Source of the DNA: an uncultured Thermodesulfobacteriota bacterium
Lineage (GTDB): Bacteria; Desulfobacterota; S145-22
DNA: 38,710 bases
NCBI GenBank assembly: GCA_964589315.1
Contig: CAZPTH010000002.1
Span: forward strand, 1,424 to 40,133
Direction: 5' to 3'
Both the position numbers and the translations under genes were made by a program. The notes under the pieces are model-generated. The model ran no database searches. It was not told the DNA's origin and saw nothing but the letters and a program-made list of their open reading frames with translations. How positions within the stretch are numbered: position 1 is the first letter of the stretch; every line of letters starts with the position of its first letter. Shown here in pieces: positions 34,323 through 38,710 of the stretch.

Positions 34323-34988
34323 CTAAACGAAGGTGGCTACCTCGTCGAACGGCTTCCTCTTAATGTTGGGCACGACCGCGTTCTCAGCGGGGTATCCTGC
34401 CACGAGGATCATGAAAGGCTTTTCGTTGACGGGGCGTGACAGGATCTCGTTCAGAAACTTCATTTTGTACGGGGTGTAGGTCAGCGTCACGAGCCCCGCG
34501 TGGTGCAGCGCCGTGATGAGCATCCCCGTGGCGATACCGATGGACTCCTTCACGTAGTAATACTTCTTTTTCTCCCCGTTTGGCAGCAGCCCGTAGAGAC
34601 GGGCGAAGATGACGATGAGGTACGGCGCCTTGAGCAGGAAAGGCTTTTGAGGACCCACGTTGAGCTCCCTCAAGGCCTCGACCCATTTTCGCGTTGCCTC
34701 GCTGGTGTAAAACTCGTGTTCGACCTTTTCCGCTTCCTCGTGAATTTTCCTCTTTACCGCGGGGTCATGGACACAAACGAAGTGCCACGGCTGGATGTTG
34801 GCGCCGCTGGGGGCCGTCGCCGCGGTCTTGAGGCAGGCCTCGATGATGTCCCGGGGAACCGGCCGGTCTGAAAAATCCCGAACCGTCCGGCGGCGGGCCA
34901 TCTCTTCCAGGAAATCCCTGGCGCGTTGCCGGGCCTCCCCCTCAGGGTATCCACGATAGAAATTCGATAAGGGAACAAAATCTGCCAT
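34323..34988 (-). CDS. Nitroreductase-superfamily flavoprotein of the iodotyrosine deiodinase (IYD)-like subgroup
   Basis: ORF track 34323..35003, trimmed to the ATG at 34988, which follows a GGAGGAG SD. Motifs are [26 protein letters not shown], and the E-x3-Y ... K(+21) pattern (EHEFY...[17 protein letters not shown]). Confidence 0.8.
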   Translation of the reverse strand: MADFVPLSNFYRGYPEGEARQRARDFLEEMARRRTVRDFSDRPVPRDIIEACLKTAATAPSGANIQPWHFVCVHDPAVKRKIHEEAEKVEHEFYTSEATRKWVEALRELNVGPQKPFLLKAPYLIVIFARLYGLLPNGEKKKYYYVKESIGIATGMLITALHHAGLVTLTYTPYKMKFLNEILSRPVNEKPFMILVAGYPAENAVVPNIKRKPFDEVATFV

Positions 34989-35014
34989 CGCTTTCTCCTC
35001 CAATTCTTACGAAC

Positions 35015-36220
35015 TTATGGCGTTTCGTCGGGGTTCTCCATGGACAGGGTTTCCACCACGTCGAGGACCTTCATCTCGCGTCCCAGGCGGGCGGCCGCTT
35101 CCCGAAGGGCCGCCTTGCAGGCGGGACACGCCGTGACGAGGGCATCCGCCCCCGTTTCCGCCGCCTCCCGGAGCCTCTCCGCGGCCATGGCGCCGGCATA
35201 GTCCGGAAAGGCCGCTTCCACAACCCCCCTGCCGGAGCCGCAGCATAGACTGTTCTGGCGATTCCGCCGCATCTCCACCAGTTCAAGGCCCGCCAGGGCC
35301 CCGATCACGCGCCTCGGGGCCTCGTAAACCCCCGCTGACCGTCCCAGGTGACACGGATCGTGATAGGTCACCCGGCGGATCCCGTTACCCTTCCGGGAAA
35401 TCGCCTTTTTATCCGCGTGTTTCTCGATAAACTCCGTGGCGTGGATGACCTTAAAAGGCAGTGGCTCCCCCAGGATCTCGGGATAATAGGTCTTGAACAT
35501 GGTGTAGCATCCCGGACAGGTGAACACGACGGTGGCCGCGCCTGTTTTCCTGATGAGTTCCACGTTGTGCCGGGCGTAGCCGGCGAGCCCCTTCGTCTGC
35601 CCGGTCATGGACATGGGCATGCCGCAGCACCACTCCTCCTTACTTACTGTGAACGCCACGCCTGCGGCGGCAAGAAATCGCGCGAAGGAAACCGCGATCT
35701 CCGTCTCCTTGTAAGAGGTCGTGCATCCCACAAAATACAGGACTTCGGGATTTTCGGAAAGACGGTCCCGGATCTCCGAAGGCATCCAGGCGGTCCTTTC
35801 CCCATGCCCGGAGCCGAACGGGGACCGGTTCTTCAGGACCCGGTCATACATCTCCCCCAGCGGGGGCGGCGGCTCGACACCCCCTTCCACCAGGAGCTCC
35901 TTGAGGAAATTCCCCACCCTCACGGGTGAAATGGCGTGCCCGGACGCATTGATGATCCCGCAGGCCTCCTCGCAGACGCCGCAGGTGGTGCACTTGTAAA
36001 CGATGTCCCTGATCTCTTCGCTCAGCCCGAGCCGCTTCTCATAGACGGCCCTGGCCATCTGGACGATCCCTCCCGCGCTGTGGGAAAAGAACCCGTAAGT
36101 CTTGTAGAGGGGGCAGAGGGGTTCGTATCCCACTGCCTCGTCCCCGTAGGTGCACTGGCCGCACCGGATACACCTGGAAATCAGGGCGTGATACTGGTCG
36201 TCAAATGGAATGCGATTCAT
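35015..36220 (-). CDS. (Fe-S)-binding oxidoreductase subunit, GlcF / heterodisulfide-reductase-like (2x[4Fe-4S] plus two CCG domains)
   Basis: Cluster motifs CIRCGQCTYG...CP and CTTCGVCEEAC, and CCG motifs WCCGMP and LCCGSG. An AGGAGG SD is present, 11 nt after the stop of the FAD gene. Confidence 0.85.
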   Translation of the reverse strand: MNRIPFDDQYHALISRCIRCGQCTYGDEAVGYEPLCPLYKTYGFFSHSAGGIVQMARAVYEKRLGLSEEIRDIVYKCTTCGVCEEACGIINASGHAISPVRVGNFLKELLVEGGVEPPPPLGEMYDRVLKNRSPFGSGHGERTAWMPSEIRDRLSENPEVLYFVGCTTSYKETEIAVSFARFLAAAGVAFTVSKEEWCCGMPMSMTGQTKGLAGYARHNVELIRKTGAATVVFTCPGCYTMFKTYYPEILGEPLPFKVIHATEFIEKHADKKAISRKGNGIRRVTYHDPCHLGRSAGVYEAPRRVIGALAGLELVEMRRNRQNSLCCGSGRGVVEAAFPDYAGAMAAERLREAAETGADALVTACPACKAALREAAARLGREMKVLDVVETLSMENPDETP

Positions 36221-36231
36221 CTCCCTGCCTC

Positions 36232-37707
36232 CTAATAGAGCAAGATGCCCGGGTTCATGATGTTGTCAGGGTCGATGACCTTCTTGATTCTCCGGAGAAG
36301 ATACCCGAACTCTCCCGTCCGACCGAGGAACGTGGGATCCTTCCTGAACCGGAACATCACCGCCCCGTACCGGGTGAGCAGCTCCTGGTAGAGCCATCCA
36401 TAGATTCCCTTGATGTGCCTCAGGTAATCCCGCTTTTTTATGAGCGAGCCCGTCACGTAAACGACGAACGCAAAGAAAAACTCCCGGGCGTGGGAATAGG
36501 GCAAGCACCGGTAAAAATAGGGGGGTTCAAATTCCTTCCTCGCCACGTCCCACATAAATTTCTCTATCTTGGGGATTTGCGCGGGCTCCGCCGCCACCAG
36601 GCATCCGGGCAGGTGAAGCCCCGCCCGCAACTGGGCCTCCTCCCCCGGTTTGATAAGAAGCCCGTCGGCAAAGTAGCCGTTCAGGAACTTCCAGTTTCCA
36701 GGGTGTTTCTCCCGGGCCTCTTCCGGCGACATGACATCGCCTCCCAAATCCCGCGCGAGGGCGATACAGGTCTCCTCCTGAGCCTGAACCACCCTGGCGT
36801 AGCCGCTCAGACGCGCCGAGTTTATCCCGAACGGGATCCCGGGGGGCGGCGTCTTCTGATCGGGCTTCATCATTTCCGGTGGAAGGGTATTTCCCATCGA
36901 CAGCATCATGTCATGGAACATGTTCCATCCCCATGTCCAGAAAGTCGTGCTGTCCGCCAGGTTTCTCCTTATGATGCGCTTCATGTATTCCAGGGCGGGT
37001 TCGAAATCGTCGAATTTCGTGAGCAGGAGCCTCTCCTCCTCACCCCGGTCGAAGATCTTCACCGCCGCCTTGGTGATGATACCCAGGGTCCCGTAGGAAC
37101 AGGCGAACAGCCCCGTCAGGTCCGAAAAGGGGCTGTATCTCGCGCGCCACCCCGCCGTTTCGAACATGGCGGAACCGGTCTTGATGATCTCGCCGCCCGG
37201 CAGAACCACCTCCAGGGAGAGGATGGGGTCCGGATCCCACTTCGCGGTCAGGTTCCCGGACGGGCGCATGAGGTAATTGGCCATGGGGCTTCCGCCCCCG
37301 GAGGCAGTGGGGAGGTGGCAGATAAACCCCTTCTCCTTCAGGGCGAGGCTCAACTGGTGAAACGTGACACCAGGCTCGACAACCGCGTAGGCGGCGTCTT
37401 CATTGATCTCCAGGATCTTGTTCATCCGCCCCAGATCGACAACGATCCCGCCCTGCATGGGCGTCGCCATCCCCGCGATATTCGTGCCGCGGGCCAGGGG
37501 TGTGACCGGGACCTTCATGCGGGAGGCAACCTGCAGAAGGGCCTTCACCTCCCGTGTCGTCTCGGGCATAACCACCACGCTCGGGTGCCCGGCAAACCCG
37601 GGAGGCGTCGCGGAGTCCGCGGCATACGTCGCGAGGACCACCTCCTGATCGCTAATCCGGTCAGCGGGAAAGATGGATGCCAGTTGACGGAACAGGTCAT
37701 TGGCCAT
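36232..37707 (-). CDS. FAD-binding (PCMH/VAO-type, GlcD-like) oxidoreductase
   Basis: 491-aa ORF with an N-terminal FAD_binding_4-like region (VVVMPETTREVKALLQVASRMKVPVTPLARGTNIAG) and the C-terminal family ending IKKVIDPDNIMNPG. A GGGAGG SD is present. Confidence 0.85.
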   Translation of the reverse strand: MANDLFRQLASIFPADRISDQEVVLATYAADSATPPGFAGHPSVVVMPETTREVKALLQVASRMKVPVTPLARGTNIAGMATPMQGGIVVDLGRMNKILEINEDAAYAVVEPGVTFHQLSLALKEKGFICHLPTASGGGSPMANYLMRPSGNLTAKWDPDPILSLEVVLPGGEIIKTGSAMFETAGWRARYSPFSDLTGLFACSYGTLGIITKAAVKIFDRGEEERLLLTKFDDFEPALEYMKRIIRRNLADSTTFWTWGWNMFHDMMLSMGNTLPPEMMKPDQKTPPPGIPFGINSARLSGYARVVQAQEETCIALARDLGGDVMSPEEAREKHPGNWKFLNGYFADGLLIKPGEEAQLRAGLHLPGCLVAAEPAQIPKIEKFMWDVARKEFEPPYFYRCLPYSHAREFFFAFVVYVTGSLIKKRDYLRHIKGIYGWLYQELLTRYGAVMFRFRKDPTFLGRTGEFGYLLRRIKKVIDPDNIMNPGILLY

Positions 37708-37779
37708 GGGAGCCTCCCTTGTTAAGGTTTAAACATTATAAGGTATGACCTATATAATTAGCTATCACCCCATTTTCCC

Positions 37780-37838
37780 CTTGTCAAGGAAAAAATCGGG
37801 GAGAATGACCTGCCATCCCCGCGTGAAAACTTGACAAG
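37780..37838. promoter_or_regulatory. Pair of 9-bp palindromes, CTTGTCAAG and CTTGACAAG: candidate GntR operators in the divergent control region
   Basis: CTTGTCAAG at 37780..37788 and its reverse complement CTTGACAAG at 37830..37838. The second overlaps a TTGACA-N17-TAAAAC promoter-like element (37831..37859). A weaker copy, CTTGTTAAG, lies at 37719..37727. Confidence 0.35.
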
Positions 37839-37865
37839 CCCCGCTCAAAAAATTAAAACCGGTGC

Positions 37866-38618
37866 ATGACGACGGAAAAAGACGCCCATCCCCCCACGTT
37901 CGGGGTCCTCGAAAAGAAACGGTACTCGGAGCAGGTTTCCCAGCTCATCTACGAAAAAATCCTCAGCATGGAGCTGAAGCGGGGCGAGAGGCTCCCGACG
38001 GAGCGGGAACTCGCCCATGACTTCCAGGTCAGCCGCACGGTCATCCGCGAGGCGATCCGGGAGCTGGAGCTCTCCGGCCTGGTCACCGTCAAAAAAGGGG
38101 CCAAGGGGGGCATCTTCATCGATACCTCTTATCACAGGCCCCTCATGAATTCCCTCGAAAAACTGGCCTCCACCGGGCGGGTCACGGTTTCCCACATCCT
38201 CGAGGCGCGGATGCTCATCGAGCCCCATATCACCATAGAGGCCACCCTGAAATCGAAAAAAGAAGACCTGGACGCCCTTGAAAAATTACTGGAGGAATCG
38301 TCCCGGCACCAGGACGACGTGAATCTCCTCAAGAAAAACAATTTCAAGTTTCACATCCTGATCGGGCAGGCCTCTGAAAACCCCATCTTTTCCATCTTCA
38401 TGTCTTCGGTCATGGAGATTCTCCAGAAACTCTCCGGAAGCTTCCTGGACCTTGCCGCCGAAAAAAGCTTCCTCGCCTCCCATCAGGAGATCTTCCGGGC
38501 CATGAAGGAAAAGGACGTGGAGAAGGTAAAAAAACTCATCGAAAAAGACATCATGATCGTCGACACGAAGTTTGGCGGGTTTCTGAAAAAACAAGGGGGA
38601 AAGGGATCAAGCAAATAG
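37866..38618 (+). CDS. GntR-family transcriptional regulator, FadR subfamily (FCD effector domain)
   Basis: 250-aa ORF with a winged HTH (GERLPTERELAHDFQVSRTVIREAIRELELSGLV) followed by an all-helical FCD-like domain. It is divergent from the FAD/Fe-S genes. Confidence 0.9.
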   Translation: MTTEKDAHPPTFGVLEKKRYSEQVSQLIYEKILSMELKRGERLPTERELAHDFQVSRTVIREAIRELELSGLVTVKKGAKGGIFIDTSYHRPLMNSLEKLASTGRVTVSHILEARMLIEPHITIEATLKSKKEDLDALEKLLEESSRHQDDVNLLKKNNFKFHILIGQASENPIFSIFMSSVMEILQKLSGSFLDLAAEKSFLASHQEIFRAMKEKDVEKVKKLIEKDIMIVDTKFGGFLKKQGGKGSSK

Positions 38619-38644
38619 CAAAAAGTAAGAGCACGAGGGAGTTG

Positions 38645-38710
38645 ATGGTAAAAGGTCGAGGGGGGAAAAACCGGGTGCAGAAATATTTTGTCGCCATTGA
38701 CTTAAAGATG
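38645..38710 (+). CDS. 5' end of an unidentified gene, truncated by the window edge
   Basis: ATG at 38645 after a GAGGGAG SD; MVKGRGGKNRVQKYFVAIDLKM... is open to the last base. It is too short to classify. Confidence 0.3.
   Translation, partial: MVKGRGGKNRVQKYFVAIDLKM

Noticed and set aside
36998-37008. A tRNA T-loop-like string, GGTTCGAAATC.
   Set aside because: It lies inside the well-supported FAD oxidoreductase CDS and has no flanking acceptor, D-arm or anticodon-arm complementarity. No tRNA, rRNA or tmRNA signature was found anywhere in the window.
1-38710. Mobile elements, prophage, CRISPR-Cas, toxin-antitoxin or known defence systems.
   Set aside because: I saw no transposase, integrase, recombinase or Cas-like ORFs, no direct or inverted terminal repeats, and no repeat-spacer arrays. 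Gene content is housekeeping and metabolic, and composition is uniform apart from the small-gene interval at 5205..6295.

Overview
The window looks like a densely packed chromosomal segment, mostly core genes, from a GC-rich anaerobe. Signals pointing that way are a tetraheme c3-type cytochrome, a sigma54/NtrC-type regulator, F390-synthetase/PaaK-like ligases and GlcD/GlcF-like redox genes, which suggests a Desulfobacterota-like organism. That placement is inference only.

I support about 40 protein genes:
- an acyl-CoA ligase operon headed by a CoA-transferase::GNAT fusion
- a phoU-pstSCAB-B phosphate uptake operon
- a ComEC-type MBL plus VanZ pair, and an MscS channel
- a 57-aa ferredoxin that is missing from the ORF track
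- an ECF sigma / ZAS anti-sigma pair
- a GT39 + PAS histidine kinase + sigma54 activator cluster
- glutamate formimidoyltransferase, cytochrome c3, cobU-cbiB, lptFG
- a thioesterase and a KAS III enzyme
- gatCA, a CBS + DUF294 nucleotidyltransferase pair, valS
- an iodotyrosine-deiodinase-like flavoenzyme with an FAD/Fe-S oxidoreductase pair, next to a divergent GntR regulator

I found no rRNA, tRNA, CRISPR array, transposase, integrase, phage gene or recognisable defence gene. Most long ORFs antisense to these genes are shadow ORFs.

No unambiguous novel multi-gene system is visible. The observations I think most worth follow-up are:
1. A Pat-type protein-acetyltransferase GNAT fused to an apparently catalytically intact CoA-transferase domain, sitting at the head of two ANL ligase genes.
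2. Two PstB paralogs whose motif losses are complementary, which predicts an asymmetric ATPase with one active site.
3. A tiny membrane ORF with an in-frame UGA followed by a hairpin, a possible selenoprotein.
4. An 8-cysteine ORF with no canonical start codon, coupled to a racemase-like gene.
5. A hairpin-rich GC-rich intergenic element upstream of the folate-dependent ftcD-like gene.
6. A split DUF294 nucleotidyltransferase/CBS pair lying between aminoacylation genes.
7. A GntR-controlled FAD/Fe-S/IYD-like module.

All functional calls rest on motifs read by eye. No database search was possible.
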